The translations under genes were made by a program, and so were the position numbers. Below are positions 38,589 to 49,050 of a stretch of DNA of 64,000 bases, piece by piece. The stretch is from Sedimentisphaerales bacterium (GTDB taxonomy: Bacteria; Planctomycetota; Phycisphaerae; Sedimentisphaerales; Anaerobacaceae), in NCBI GenBank assembly GCA_040772485.1, contig JAXGYC010000007.1, forward strand, positions 352,001 to 416,000, given 5' to 3'. The notes below the pieces were generated by a model that saw only the letters and a program-made list of their open reading frames with translations, ran no database searches and was not told the DNA's origin. The first letter of the stretch is position 1. Each line of letters starts with the position of its first letter.

Positions 38589-39320
38589 TTAGCTGGCCTT
38601 CCTTTCATCCAAAACGACCGCACAGGCCGCCACCCATCCCACAATCAGCAGGATGAAATAGGCAATATCCTGGAATTGCAGGATGCCCCGCTGCATCGAG
38701 TCAAAGTGCACCTGAAAGCTCATTCCTTTGACTGCCGAGACCATGCCGGGCGGCAGAAACGTCGAGACGTAGTTCAGCGTCGTCGGCATACCCGCGAACA
38801 CCAGGACCGCACAGGCTACCACGCTGAGCACGAAGGCGATCACCTGGTTCTTGCTCAGCGCCGAGAAGAAGCAGCCGATGGCCAGAAAACCCCCCGCCAT
38901 CAGGAACGCGCCGAGATAACCTGTCACGATCAATCCGATATCGGGATCGCCCAGATAGCAGACGGTTACAACCAGAGGGAAGGTCAGCGCCAGCGCGATC
39001 CCCAGGAACAGCCAAGCGGCGAAGAACTTCGCCAGCACCGCTTGCCCGATCGTAACCGGCAGCGTGAACAGCAATTCGACCGATCCCACCTTGCGTTCCT
39101 CGGCCCAGAGCCGCATGGCGGTCGACGGAACCATGAACACGAACAGCAGCGGGAGGTTCGTGAAGAACGGCTTCAGGTCGGCCTGGCGGGCCTCGTAGAA
39201 TCCTTCCTTGAAGGTCAGATACCCCGCGAAGAACAGAAAGATGACGAGAAAGACGTAGGCGAGAGGCGTAGTGAAGTAGCTCTTCAGCTCCCTCTTGAAT
39301 ACCGCCCAGAAACTGTTCAT
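38589..39320 (-). CDS. GldF-like ABC-2 permease
   Basis: KRELKSYFTTPLAYVF, AMRLWAEERKVGSVELLFTLP, SKNQVIAF. Confidence 0.92.
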   Translation of the reverse strand: MNSFWAVFKRELKSYFTTPLAYVFLVIFLFFAGYLTFKEGFYEARQADLKPFFTNLPLLFVFMVPSTAMRLWAEERKVGSVELLFTLPVTIGQAVLAKFFAAWLFLGIALALTFPLVVTVCYLGDPDIGLIVTGYLGAFLMAGGFLAIGCFFSALSKNQVIAFVLSVVACAVLVFAGMPTTLNYVSTFLPPGMVSAVKGMSFQVHFDSMQRGILQFQDIAYFILLIVGWVAACAVVLDERKAS

Positions 39321-39383
39321 GTGGCACTCCAGTTCCAAGTGATTACTGATCCATGACTATTGGCAGCCGTCCCTCATTCACCG

Positions 39384-40112
39384 TCAGACCGTCACGAGGG
39401 CCCTGGTGCTGGTGATCTTGCGGAAAACCTCGTCGAGACTGGCGTGATGCTTCTCCTTCAGCTCCTTGGGCGTCGAGTCCACGAGGATCTTGCCTCGCGC
39501 GACGATGATCGCGCGGGAGCAGACGGCATCGACCTCTTCGAGAATGTGCGTCGAGACGATGATGCACTTGTCCTTGGCCATGGCGACGATCAGCTTGCGC
39601 ACCTCGTGCTTCTGATTGGGATCGAGGCCGTCGGTCGGCTCATCGAGGATCAACACGTCGGGATCGTGAATCAGCGCCTGGGCCAGTCCCACGCGCCGTT
39701 TGTAACCCTTGGACAGCGTCTCGATGGTTTGATGGTACACCGACTCGATCGAGCACATGGGGACGATGCGGTCGAGCGCCGCCTTGCGCCGGCGCCCCTT
39801 GATCTGCCGGACGTCACAAATGAACTTCAGGAAGCCCCCCACCGTCATCTCCGGATAGGCCGGAGAGTTCTCGGCCAGATACCCCAATGACCGCCGCGCC
39901 CCGACCGGATCGGCCAGGATGTCGTGCCCGCAGACACTGGCGGTGCCGCCATCGGGGCGGATGTAACAGGTCAGCATGCGCATCGTGGTGGTCTTGCCCG
40001 CTCCATTGGGACCGAGCAGACCGACCACCTGCCCCTTCGCGGCGCGGAACGAGATCCCGTCCACGGCCACCACCGGCCCGAAACGCCGCCGAAGTTCTTT
40101 GGCTTCTATCAT
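39384..40112 (-). CDS. GldA-like ABC ATP-binding protein
   Basis: GPNGAGKTT, LSKGYKRRVGLA, ILDEPTDGLDPNQ, STHIL. Confidence 0.95.
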   Translation of the reverse strand: MIEAKELRRRFGPVVAVDGISFRAAKGQVVGLLGPNGAGKTTTMRMLTCYIRPDGGTASVCGHDILADPVGARRSLGYLAENSPAYPEMTVGGFLKFICDVRQIKGRRRKAALDRIVPMCSIESVYHQTIETLSKGYKRRVGLAQALIHDPDVLILDEPTDGLDPNQKHEVRKLIVAMAKDKCIIVSTHILEEVDAVCSRAIIVARGKILVDSTPKELKEKHHASLDEVFRKITSTRALVTV

Positions 40113-40333
40113 GTCTGTCTCCAAAACTCAGGCATCGATTCCGCCCTCGGGGAGTAGGGCTCCCCTTAGAAACAAAACCTATAGGTTGACGAAAAACCTC
40201 CTGGCCGTCAAGACCTGCACAGCGAATATTTTCATAGCGGGCGAGCCCTGCGGACCTGCGTCGGGGGCCAGGCCCCTCGACGACAAAGTGCGCCATACGA
40301 CATCACGGCGAATTTGTTCGGGGCGCGAACTCC

Positions 40334-40388
40334 AAGAAGAAAACGGGCGGCGCCGACAGGCATCCGCCCATCGACACCACCCGTTTTC
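40334..40388 (-). terminator. Intrinsic terminator of the discoidin-like gene
   Basis: Minus strand GAAAACGGGTGGTGTCGA-N14-TCGGCGCCGCCCGTTTTC-TTCTT; U-G wobbles pair only on the minus strand. Confidence 0.7.
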
Positions 40389-40418
40389 CAAGAGACCCGT
40401 TACGGCAAAATCAGGACG

Positions 40419-43250
40419 TCATTCCGCGTCGGCCGGATGACCGAACCGAATGTCGTCGACGTAGATCAACCCGGAGCCGCCGGCGCGTGGCGCGTTTCGA
40501 TCGCCCACACCGATGTACATCTTCTCGACGCGGCTGAGGTTGACTCCGCTCAAGTCGTCAAACGCAATGCGCCATTGATTCCAGCCACCCATGAACGTCG
40601 CCGCCTCGCCGGCCGGATGCGTTACGGCCTGGACTTTGCCGCTGCTGTCCTCGACCGCCACGTACAGCGTATCGGCCGCGTTGCCCTCGGGCTGCGCCGG
40701 TCCGATCGTGGCCGCCTGCCACTGCCCCGTGACATTCCCGGTCGTAGTCACGTCGGAGAACTCCGCGCTGGTCAACACGCCCGCCGAATGACTGGTCACC
40801 ACCAGACCGACGTAGACGTCGGCGGCCATGGCGATCGTCTGCGGATTCCACGACATGGCGGTCCAGTTCTGCCCGTCGGCGGAATAGTAGCCGTTGAATG
40901 CGTTGCCGACGCGTTCGATCTTGACCCAGTACGGCATCGTCATGGCGATCTGCTCGGCCGTCGCAACGGAGGTGTCGCTGACGGCGGCCACATCCGTCGT
41001 CAAACGAGCCTGATAGCGGCAGCCATTGCCCGGCGTGGCGTAAACCGCCGCGAACGTCGAGCCGACCTCCAGCGTCTCGCGGATCATCACGCCGGCCTTC
41101 GCCCAGGCGTTGGTGTTGGCCACGCCCTCGACGCGTGCGATGACGGCGCCGTTCCCGCTGAGCTGCTTGTGTGCGAAGCGAAACTCATCCGTCGTGTTCC
41201 AGATATCGGTGCCCGCCGCTCCCATGACGATGTGGCCCGACGCCAGCTCAGCGAACGGCCCGGCACGGCCCTGGAAGTGGACGACCAGCGTGTCGGCGCC
41301 GTTGACCGTCCAGTTCTGCGGCGTCTCGAACGTCCGCTCGGCTTCAGAGTACCACGGTGACACCGAGTTGTCGTAGTGCAGAGGCATGGACTGGCCGCCG
41401 CTGTTGACGATGGTCTTCTCGGCAAACGGCGCATCGAGATACCCAACGGTCGAGCCGGTGTCATTGCCCCATCCGTCGATCCAGGTGTCGAAGATCGCCA
41501 GGCCGGCGTTGATATCGTCGGTGTAGCTCTCGAAGTCTTCGACGAGGAAGTACTCCTGCGTAGCGAAGCTCCACAGATCGCCTTCCCACGAGCCGACCGC
41601 CTCGGCCTCGTTGACCTCGGCAATCCGCCAGTAGTAGGTCGTGCCCAGATTCAGAGAACCGGGATCGTAACGGCTCGTCTCAACGGAGTCGACCAGAGCC
41701 AGTGCCTCCGGGTCCGTTCCGAAGTAGACCTCATGCACAGCCGCTTCCCGGCCGGCTCGCCAGGCCAGATCGCTTTCCGGCCCGACGGCGGCAGCGCCAT
41801 CGGCCGGCTGGGGCTCACGCGGATACACAGGCGTATGGTAGAATCGCACCTCGCTGAGCCCGTACTGGGTCAGCATGCCCCAGTTGTCGTTGATGCTGAG
41901 CCGGACGTACTTGGCCGCGATCCCTGCCAGGTCGATGGTGGTGTTGTGGGCGTAGCCGGCCTTGGCGGTTCCCTTGGCAAACTCGAAATCCCCCAGAGCC
42001 GTCCACTCCACGCCGTCGAGGGAATACTCCAGCGTGACATCCTTGAGTCCGTACCCGAGCACCGCCTCGAACATGACGTTGTAGTTCCAGACCCAGAGTT
42101 CATAGAGCTTGAGGACCCGGTCGAACTCGTACTGGATCCAGACCCCGGCGATGCCGTCGGAAGTCGCCAGCCACATGTCCGCCGCGTCGATCGAGTGCAG
42201 ATCGGCCGCATCGAGGCCGGAACCGTCCACGGTGCTCTCCGGACCGTAGCCGGCATCGGAATTGGACGCGGTGGCGATGATATTCTCCACAGGGTAGGCC
42301 AAAGGCTCGGCTGTGAAGCTCCAGACCGACCCCTTGTAGATGGTGCTTTCCGGCGGCGCGTTGACCTCGTCCACGCGCCAGTAGTAGGTCTGCCCGAAGC
42401 TCAGCAAGCCCTCGGGATCGTACGAGTTGGCGTCCTGTCCCTGGCTGAGCAGCACACCGAGCGGATTGGCTCGGGAAGCCGCGTTCACATCTTCGAACGC
42501 GGCGCCGAAATACACGTCATGCGCCGCCGCATCCGGGCTGGGCATCCAGCTCAGGACGACGTCACGCGGCACGTCGACGGCGCCGTCGGTCGGATAGGGA
42601 TCGGATGCAACCACCAGCGCCCCGCGCGGGCTCTCCGGCGGGCCCTGTTCGGTCGGCGTGTAATCCGCATTGGTCGTCAGGAGGATCTTGTCGACGGTCA
42701 GTCCGTCCTCCCGCATCCAGACGTTCACCGTATGGTCGCCGGCGGTCTTCACCTCAATGGTCGGACGCCCGCCGTTCATGATCTGACTGCTCCAGTTGTA
42801 CACGCCGTTGAAGCCGCTCATCGTCGCGGACGTGACCGGCTCGACTCCGTCCAGGCCCGTGTGGAGCGAATCGGAATTGCCGTCCATGCCATACCCGAGA
42901 ATCCAGACGTAGTAGGTCCCGGTCTTGACGAACTTGACCACGTAATCCAACTGGGGACTGGTCGTGGCAACGTTGCTGGTGATGCCGGAACCGCCGGCAA
43001 GCGTCGTCGGCGTCGATTGCATCGCGAAGCCGCCGCTGAATCCGTCCGCCGGAGCGAAGTCGTTCGAGGTCCGCGAGACCAGCTCCCACGTGTGCGGCGG
43101 CCGGGGCGTGTTCAGATCGAAGTTCTCCGCCTCCATGCAGACGATTCCGTCGGTGCCGGTGTCCTGCTGGAAGGGCTGCGCGCCGAGCGTCATCGAGCCG
43201 CATCCCAGCATCAGGATTCCGGTGATCAGAAATGTCAATCGCGTGAGCAT
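40419..43250 (-). CDS. Secreted modular protein: N-terminal carbohydrate-binding-like jelly roll, Ig/FN3-like repeats, discoidin-like and DUF1349-like domains
   Basis: Signal peptide; MEAENF...WMREDGLTVDKILLT; DVPRDVVLSW, HDVYFG, TYYWRVDEVN, WIQYEFDRV, GLSEVRF, NAWAKAGVMIRE; paralog at 61700. Confidence 0.85.
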   Translation of the reverse strand: MLTRLTFLITGILMLGCGSMTLGAQPFQQDTGTDGIVCMEAENFDLNTPRPPHTWELVSRTSNDFAPADGFSGGFAMQSTPTTLAGGSGITSNVATTSPQLDYVVKFVKTGTYYVWILGYGMDGNSDSLHTGLDGVEPVTSATMSGFNGVYNWSSQIMNGGRPTIEVKTAGDHTVNVWMREDGLTVDKILLTTNADYTPTEQGPPESPRGALVVASDPYPTDGAVDVPRDVVLSWMPSPDAAAHDVYFGAAFEDVNAASRANPLGVLLSQGQDANSYDPEGLLSFGQTYYWRVDEVNAPPESTIYKGSVWSFTAEPLAYPVENIIATASNSDAGYGPESTVDGSGLDAADLHSIDAADMWLATSDGIAGVWIQYEFDRVLKLYELWVWNYNVMFEAVLGYGLKDVTLEYSLDGVEWTALGDFEFAKGTAKAGYAHNTTIDLAGIAAKYVRLSINDNWGMLTQYGLSEVRFYHTPVYPREPQPADGAAAVGPESDLAWRAGREAAVHEVYFGTDPEALALVDSVETSRYDPGSLNLGTTYYWRIAEVNEAEAVGSWEGDLWSFATQEYFLVEDFESYTDDINAGLAIFDTWIDGWGNDTGSTVGYLDAPFAEKTIVNSGGQSMPLHYDNSVSPWYSEAERTFETPQNWTVNGADTLVVHFQGRAGPFAELASGHIVMGAAGTDIWNTTDEFRFAHKQLSGNGAVIARVEGVANTNAWAKAGVMIRETLEVGSTFAAVYATPGNGCRYQARLTTDVAAVSDTSVATAEQIAMTMPYWVKIERVGNAFNGYYSADGQNWTAMSWNPQTIAMAADVYVGLVVTSHSAGVLTSAEFSDVTTTGNVTGQWQAATIGPAQPEGNAADTLYVAVEDSSGKVQAVTHPAGEAATFMGGWNQWRIAFDDLSGVNLSRVEKMYIGVGDRNAPRAGGSGLIYVDDIRFGHPADAE

Positions 43251-43470
43251 TGCTGTCCTCCTTCAGAAGAGATGGAAGCGCCCCTCAAACGCTTCGTCCA
43301 AATGTCCGGCTTCAAGCCGGGCGCGGCGCCTGCCTTCGCGACCCTCCAAGCCGGCAAGCAGCCCGAAACACCACAACGCGCTCAATTATCCCAAATTGAG
43401 CCTCGCCGTTCAAGGGCATTCTGGCAGGCGCCGTGCCCGTGGGCGACCCGTGTGTCAGAAAGGCCGGTCG

Positions 43471-46400
43471 CTACCGGCCCGCTCCGGCCGGCGCGATCTC
43501 GCCGGCGAACTCGTAGGCTCCCATGTCCACAATGCCATTGGTCACCCGCCAATTGCCGGCCAAGTCGAAGGCAGGTAGCGGGGGCTCGGTCTGGTTCGAT
43601 CCCGAGTCGATTGCCGGGGAATCCGACGCCAGACGGAAGTCGTCGTCCTCGGTGCCGAGCACGCCATCGGCTCCAAAGGGGTCCGCGAACAGAGGATCAA
43701 GCCCCGGCTCGCAGATGCTGGTGATGATCTCCGGAAGCACAGGACCAGCACGGAACGCGACCGGCGTGCCGGAGGTGGAATCGGCGACCGAACCGTGGAG
43801 AATGCAATTCGCAATCGTCATGGCGGGCAGGTGCACCCAGGAATCCTCAGGTCTGGCCATCACCGCCAAGGTCGGCGGACGATCGAGAGCCGGCGAGCTA
43901 TTGCCAAAGAGCGTGCAGTTCAGCAGGCGATGGACCTGTGGCTCGTTGACATAGTTGCCCTCAGGGTAGGCGATCGCGCCGCCTCCATCTGCCGCGGTGT
44001 TGGCCACCAGCAGGCAGTTGACCAGTTCGATTCTGCCGATGCTGTGTGCGCTGAGGGCGCCGCCTTTCGCACCGGCACCGTTTCGCCGGAACACGCAATG
44101 GCGCAACGTCAAATCCGCCTTGATGTGCGACCAAATCGCGCCGCCATCGTACTCGGCCACGTTGTCTTCCCACAGACAGCCGGCGAATACCGGACGCCAT
44201 CGGCGTCCGTTGGACACGGCGCCGCCCCACGAGGCGCAATTGCCGAGAAAGGCACACCTCGTGAACACCGGTTGCCACTGATTGCCCTCGTACGGCTCAT
44301 CCGAGCCGGAACCGTCGGTATGGAGCAGGCAGACGGCGCCGCCGGTGCCCGCGTAGTTGTCGGTGAACACGCAGTCCGTCAGGCGAGGAGAACACCCGCC
44401 CCGACAGGAAAGGCCTCCGCCCTGGGCCTGGAGCCGAGAGTGGCTGCGCGGCGCGTCTGCATGTCCGCCGGTCACGACAACGCCTTCGAGAACGGCCCGG
44501 TTATCCAGTCCCTCGCACGTCACCACGTTGAGGCTGTTGCCCTGTTTCGAGTTGGGGTCCTCACCGGTGTCGTTGCGATCGATGTCGCCGCTGAGTATGG
44601 TCACAGAGGTATTCGGATCCCAGGCATTCGGGTCGGCTGCCCCGAGGCCGGCGTATCCGCCGCGGATCGTCGTGCCTGCCTTCAGCTCGAAACTGGCCTC
44701 GCGGTCCAGCGGGTCGTCGGTCGGGGTGTAGAGGCCCTGCGCCACGCGGATTTCGTCACCCGGCTGGGCAACCGCCAGAGCATCCTGGAGACGCCCGAAG
44801 GCGCCGGCCCAGGACGTGCCATCCCCGGAGTTGCCCATGTCGTCATCCACGTGCAGGACCATGCCGCCCAGGTAGGTCTTGCTGGCTTCGGCGGTGCCGC
44901 CGTAGGCGCCGAGATTGACGATGCCACCGTTCGGAACAGGCTCGTCGCCAACCGGAGCGATTGGATCGCCCGCGTCGATGCAAGGACTGGTCACATCGTC
45001 CTGCACCCAGCTCTCACTGATCGGGTCCCATCGCCCGGCCTGACTCTTGAGATGGTAATCGCCATCGACCCAAGTCGCGGCTCTCGATATCGAATCCGAA
45101 CGCCAGTGGCCAACAGAGGCAAAACACGGGTCCACGTCAATGTTCCCCTCTCCCGGCCAGCCTCCGTCTACGTTGCTGTGGATCACTACGGCGCCGGAGA
45201 GCTCCTCGTCGTCATTGTCCCAGACAATGCAGTGGTCCAGGACCGCACCACCGGCCTCATCGGATAATCCGCCGATGGAGCCGCCTCGATTCTGCGCCAG
45301 CGTGCAATGCATCAGCGTCGGACTGGCTCCTCGACTGTATATGGCGCCACCATCGAAACTGGCGTTGCCCACGAAAAGGCAGTTCATCAAAGTCGTGTAG
45401 CTGTTGTCATTGTAGAGCCCTCCACCGGGAGAAGTGTAGGCCCTGTTTCCAGCGAACCGGCAGCGGACGAACACCGGCCCGGGTCCCGTGGGCTCCGGGT
45501 CGCCACGGCCGACGCCATCACGCACGTGGACGGCACCGCCGCCGTCCCCGCTGGCCACGTTGCTTTCGAAGAGACAGTCCGTCGCCTGAAGAGCGCTTTG
45601 GAGGGTGTTCAGCGCCCCGCCTCGATCGGCCCTATTATCGAAGAAGGAACATTGTATGAGAACAAGATTGCTGCGATTGTTCAAGCCGCTACTGTGGCTG
45701 AGGCCTCCCCCTCCTTCGGGGGCGGAGTTGCCTTCAAACGAACACCGACGAAGAACCATGGAAGAACCGGTGCCGCTGATGCGCGCCCCGCCGCCGGATC
45801 CCTCGAAGGGGCCTTTGCTCTTGGCCCTATTGTCGACGAAGAGACAATCCGCACACGTACTCCCATCGCCTGGCGCTGCGCACATCCCCGCGCCCTCAAA
45901 GGCTTCGTTTTCCCGGAACGTGCAGCGTTCCAACTTCAAGACCCCGTTACGAGCGCACAGACCGCCACCCTGATTCTCCGCCTTGTTCCGCTCAAAGAGA
46001 CAGTCTACAAACGTGAGGTCGCTATCCTTGCCCCAGAATCCTCCGCCGCTGTCCCACGTGAAGTTGTTGCGGAATACACAGGCCTTCAGCACGGGACTAC
46101 CCCCGGAGCTGTACATCCCGGCGCCGTTTCCAGTGCTCGACATGGTCTTGTTATGGATGACCGTGCACCGCTCCATCCGAAGATCGCTGGCCAGACACGT
46201 GACGCCGGAACCGGAATACCCCCAACCGCTCGTGACCGTGAACCCATCCAGGACAGTCGTCGCGTCGTTGCTCAGAGAGGCGACGACGGTTCGGCTGTTG
46301 TCGTCCATGTTGGAGAAATCAGGACCGTCGTCTCCATCCAGGTCTCCGCTGAGAATCGTCTCGTAGCGATCGATGTTACGTTCGTTGGGATCGGTGCCCG

Positions 46401-46710
46401 TCAGGCCGGCATAGCCTCCAGCCAGCGTTACACCGTTGACCAGAAGAAACCTCGCGTCACGATCTCCTGGAGAGAAACCAACACCTTGGTCAGGCTTGTA
46501 CAAGCCTTGGGCCACTCGAACCCTGTCGCCTCTTCCAGCCACGCCCAGGGCGTCCTGGAGATGCACGAATGCATCTGCCCAGGACGTACCGTCATTAGCG
46601 CCGACGGCATCGTCATCGACATAGATGACACCGCCCCATCCGGCCGGCGTGAGCCCCACGACCAGGGCGCACGCGACCACCATGATTCGCTTGCCTGCCA
46701 ACCTGTCCAT
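43471..46710 (-). CDS. Secreted right-handed beta-helix (Pmp-like GGA/FxxN repeat) protein with two modules
   Basis: Two (Y/H)VDDD..G..DGTSWAxAF..LQDAL modules; FxxNxA..GGA repeats; SPCIDAG/SPAIDSG...VDMGAYE termini. Confidence 0.85.
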   Translation of the reverse strand: MDRLAGKRIMVVACALVVGLTPAGWGGVIYVDDDAVGANDGTSWADAFVHLQDALGVAGRGDRVRVAQGLYKPDQGVGFSPGDRDARFLLVNGVTLAGGYAGLTGTDPNERNIDRYETILSGDLDGDDGPDFSNMDDNSRTVVASLSNDATTVLDGFTVTSGWGYSGSGVTCLASDLRMERCTVIHNKTMSSTGNGAGMYSSGGSPVLKACVFRNNFTWDSGGGFWGKDSDLTFVDCLFERNKAENQGGGLCARNGVLKLERCTFRENEAFEGAGMCAAPGDGSTCADCLFVDNRAKSKGPFEGSGGGARISGTGSSMVLRRCSFEGNSAPEGGGGLSHSSGLNNRSNLVLIQCSFFDNRADRGGALNTLQSALQATDCLFESNVASGDGGGAVHVRDGVGRGDPEPTGPGPVFVRCRFAGNRAYTSPGGGLYNDNSYTTLMNCLFVGNASFDGGAIYSRGASPTLMHCTLAQNRGGSIGGLSDEAGGAVLDHCIVWDNDDEELSGAVVIHSNVDGGWPGEGNIDVDPCFASVGHWRSDSISRAATWVDGDYHLKSQAGRWDPISESWVQDDVTSPCIDAGDPIAPVGDEPVPNGGIVNLGAYGGTAEASKTYLGGMVLHVDDDMGNSGDGTSWAGAFGRLQDALAVAQPGDEIRVAQGLYTPTDDPLDREASFELKAGTTIRGGYAGLGAADPNAWDPNTSVTILSGDIDRNDTGEDPNSKQGNSLNVVTCEGLDNRAVLEGVVVTGGHADAPRSHSRLQAQGGGLSCRGGCSPRLTDCVFTDNYAGTGGAVCLLHTDGSGSDEPYEGNQWQPVFTRCAFLGNCASWGGAVSNGRRWRPVFAGCLWEDNVAEYDGGAIWSHIKADLTLRHCVFRRNGAGAKGGALSAHSIGRIELVNCLLVANTAADGGGAIAYPEGNYVNEPQVHRLLNCTLFGNSSPALDRPPTLAVMARPEDSWVHLPAMTIANCILHGSVADSTSGTPVAFRAGPVLPEIITSICEPGLDPLFADPFGADGVLGTEDDDFRLASDSPAIDSGSNQTEPPLPAFDLAGNWRVTNGIVDMGAYEFAGEIAPAGAGR

Positions 46711-47079
46711 GTTCCGCTCCTTTCGATCTGATGCTATGAAGATATGAGGCCGCATGGACACCGGTCCATGCCGTTTCTGCGCAGACCGCCTCCCCTCTCG
46801 CTCGGTGCAGGCTCAAGACGTGACCGAATTGGAGATTCTCCGCGCATGTTGCACCTCGTGCCCCAGGACGCTCTACGCGCAGCGTCCGGACAGCAGAGAA
46901 ACTCGCCGGGTCACAAAGGCAGGCGGCTATGAATGGAAAAGTATGATATGATAGCAGACCACAGTTTTATGATAGGCGCTTCTGCCCACCTTTATGTCTC
47001 ATTTTCTGAATTCTACAGCTATGTAGACGGGGTTTGCAAGGAATTTCCGGGCGGAAGACGTTTTTTTTGCCGGGAGACT

Positions 47080-48324
47080 TCAGCCTGCCTCCGGTCGCGG
47101 AAACCGTGTGCGGCAGGCGAAATAGACTGCCAGTTGGGCGACCAGACCCAGACCGGTCAGCGCGACGGCGAACCAGTACGGTGCATACGGGCCGACGTGC
47201 CTGGCCAGATGGCCGCCGGTCCCGGCGCCCGTGATGATGCCGATGGATATGACGATCTCGTGAATGGTCATGCGGGCGGACCGATTGCGGCTGGCCGAGA
47301 CGCCATAGTAGAGGTGGCTGCTGTAGGCAAACCCGAACGGCAGACCGAGCACGATGGCCGAGACGATAAAGACCCCCAGCGTCCGCCCACAGATCATCAT
47401 CAGCAGAGCAATCATGAGCATCCCCTGGCCCGTCAGAAGAGGCGCCAATCGGAAATGCCAGAAGGCCCAGCGGCCCGATGCCGTCAGCGACAGGAAATTG
47501 CACAACGCGAAGATCGCATAGTAGATGCCGAACTGGGCTTCGGAACAACCCAAGGCCACGAAGAGCAGTGCGAATTGGGACCGCACGATGGCCTGCGAGG
47601 CCCACGCGCAGAACAGGGCGACTCGCGACATCCAGCGATAGGCGACCAGCGAGCGCGGATCATGAATCGGCTCGCCCGGCGCACCCGACGGTCCCGTCTC
47701 GTTTGTATGCCCCGCGTTGTTGCGAGCCAGAACCAGCAGCAGCAAGGACAGCGCGAAGCACGCCAACGCCGCGATCATCGGCCACAGCGGATTCCGCTCG
47801 ACCAGCCAGGCCCCGATGATCGGACCGATCAGGCCACCGCTCGACCAGGAACCGTTGTACCGTCCGAGCTGGCGATTCAGCGCTACGCCCTCATAGCGAG
47901 CGGAGACCCAGCTCATCAGAAAGGGCCAGAACAGCGCCATGGCGGCCCCGCCGAACCCTCCGGCCGCGATGATCATCCAGATCCAGGCCCGCCCGTCGGC
48001 GCCTCCATGCCGGCCCGAGCCAAACACCGCCGCCACCATCACCAGCGACGCGACCAGAGCCGCCACAGTCGCCAGACGCGTCGCTCTCCTGACGTCCAGG
48101 TGCCCCAGCAGCGAGCCGGTGAACACCAGCGCGGCCATGTACGCCAGGCTGTTGCCCGCCAGCGCATAGCCCACGTGGGTTTCGGTGCCGCCAATGGCGG
48201 TCAGGACGAAAGGCATGGCGGTCCAGCAGATGCCCAGACTCAGCGCGGTGGCGAAAGCCGCTCCGTACAACGGCCAGTTCCGGGCGGTCCCGGTCGAATT
48301 CTCTATCTGATGCTCCAACATCAT
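47080..48324 (-). CDS. MFS transporter
   Basis: About 12 hydrophobic segments; GGLIGPIIGAWL; start uncertain. Confidence 0.75.
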   Translation of the reverse strand: MMLEHQIENSTGTARNWPLYGAAFATALSLGICWTAMPFVLTAIGGTETHVGYALAGNSLAYMAALVFTGSLLGHLDVRRATRLATVAALVASLVMVAAVFGSGRHGGADGRAWIWMIIAAGGFGGAAMALFWPFLMSWVSARYEGVALNRQLGRYNGSWSSGGLIGPIIGAWLVERNPLWPMIAALACFALSLLLLVLARNNAGHTNETGPSGAPGEPIHDPRSLVAYRWMSRVALFCAWASQAIVRSQFALLFVALGCSEAQFGIYYAIFALCNFLSLTASGRWAFWHFRLAPLLTGQGMLMIALLMMICGRTLGVFIVSAIVLGLPFGFAYSSHLYYGVSASRNRSARMTIHEIVISIGIITGAGTGGHLARHVGPYAPYWFAVALTGLGLVAQLAVYFACRTRFPRPEAG

Positions 48325-48486
48325 CTCTATCGGGCTCCAAGCCCGGTGATTGTAGCACCCACCCGCCAGTCCGCCAGCCACCGCCTGCAAGAAAACAACG
48401 AACCGCTGGAAGATCTCCATACCCAATCACAGTGCACTGGTGTGTAATAGGCCGAACAGCGATCGCGTTTCAGTCAGGTGCGCAGG

Positions 48487-49050
48487 ATGGTTGAGGAAAG
48501 ACTGTTGATTCTCCGATTCAAGAGAGGCTCGCCGCAGGCCCTGCGCCGGATGTATGACAAGTACAAGGTGGAACTGCTTAAGCTGGCCACCGTGCTGCTG
48601 GGCGATGGGAACACCGCCGAGGATGTCGTGCACGATGTCTTCGTGGCGTTCGCCGGCTCGGCCAAGCGGATCAAACTGACCGGTAGCCTCCGCAGCTATC
48701 TGACCACGAGTGTGGTCAATCGCGTCCGGAATCACAGGCGAAACACCGGCCGGCACCAACAGATCGGCCTGGAAGACGTACCGTTGCCTGCGTCCGCCGG
48801 CCCGGAACCGGCGCAGTGGGCGATTCTCAGCGAGCAGCTCGCCCTGCTGGCTGAGGCGATGCAGCAGGTGCCTTATGAGCAACGCGAAGCGGTCAGCCTT
48901 CGCATGGAGATGGACATGAGCTTCCGCCAGATCGCGGCGGTGCAGCGCGTGCCGCTGAACACCGCCAAGGGCCGATATCGATACGGCATGGAACGACTGC
49001 GGTCTCTGCTGAACAGTGAGGTGCGACAATGCGACCCGCAGACCACATAA
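48487..49050 (+). CDS. ECF RNA polymerase sigma factor
   Basis: AEDVVHDVF region 2; VPYEQREAVSLR...SFRQIAAV...NTAKGRYRYG region 4. Confidence 0.92.
   Translation: MVEERLLILRFKRGSPQALRRMYDKYKVELLKLATVLLGDGNTAEDVVHDVFVAFAGSAKRIKLTGSLRSYLTTSVVNRVRNHRRNTGRHQQIGLEDVPLPASAGPEPAQWAILSEQLALLAEAMQQVPYEQREAVSLRMEMDMSFRQIAAVQRVPLNTAKGRYRYGMERLRSLLNSEVRQCDPQTT

Noticed and set aside
35345..40112. Gliding motility locus
   Set aside because: GldA/F/G-like ABC systems are widespread in non-gliding bacteria, and no other gld/spr genes are here
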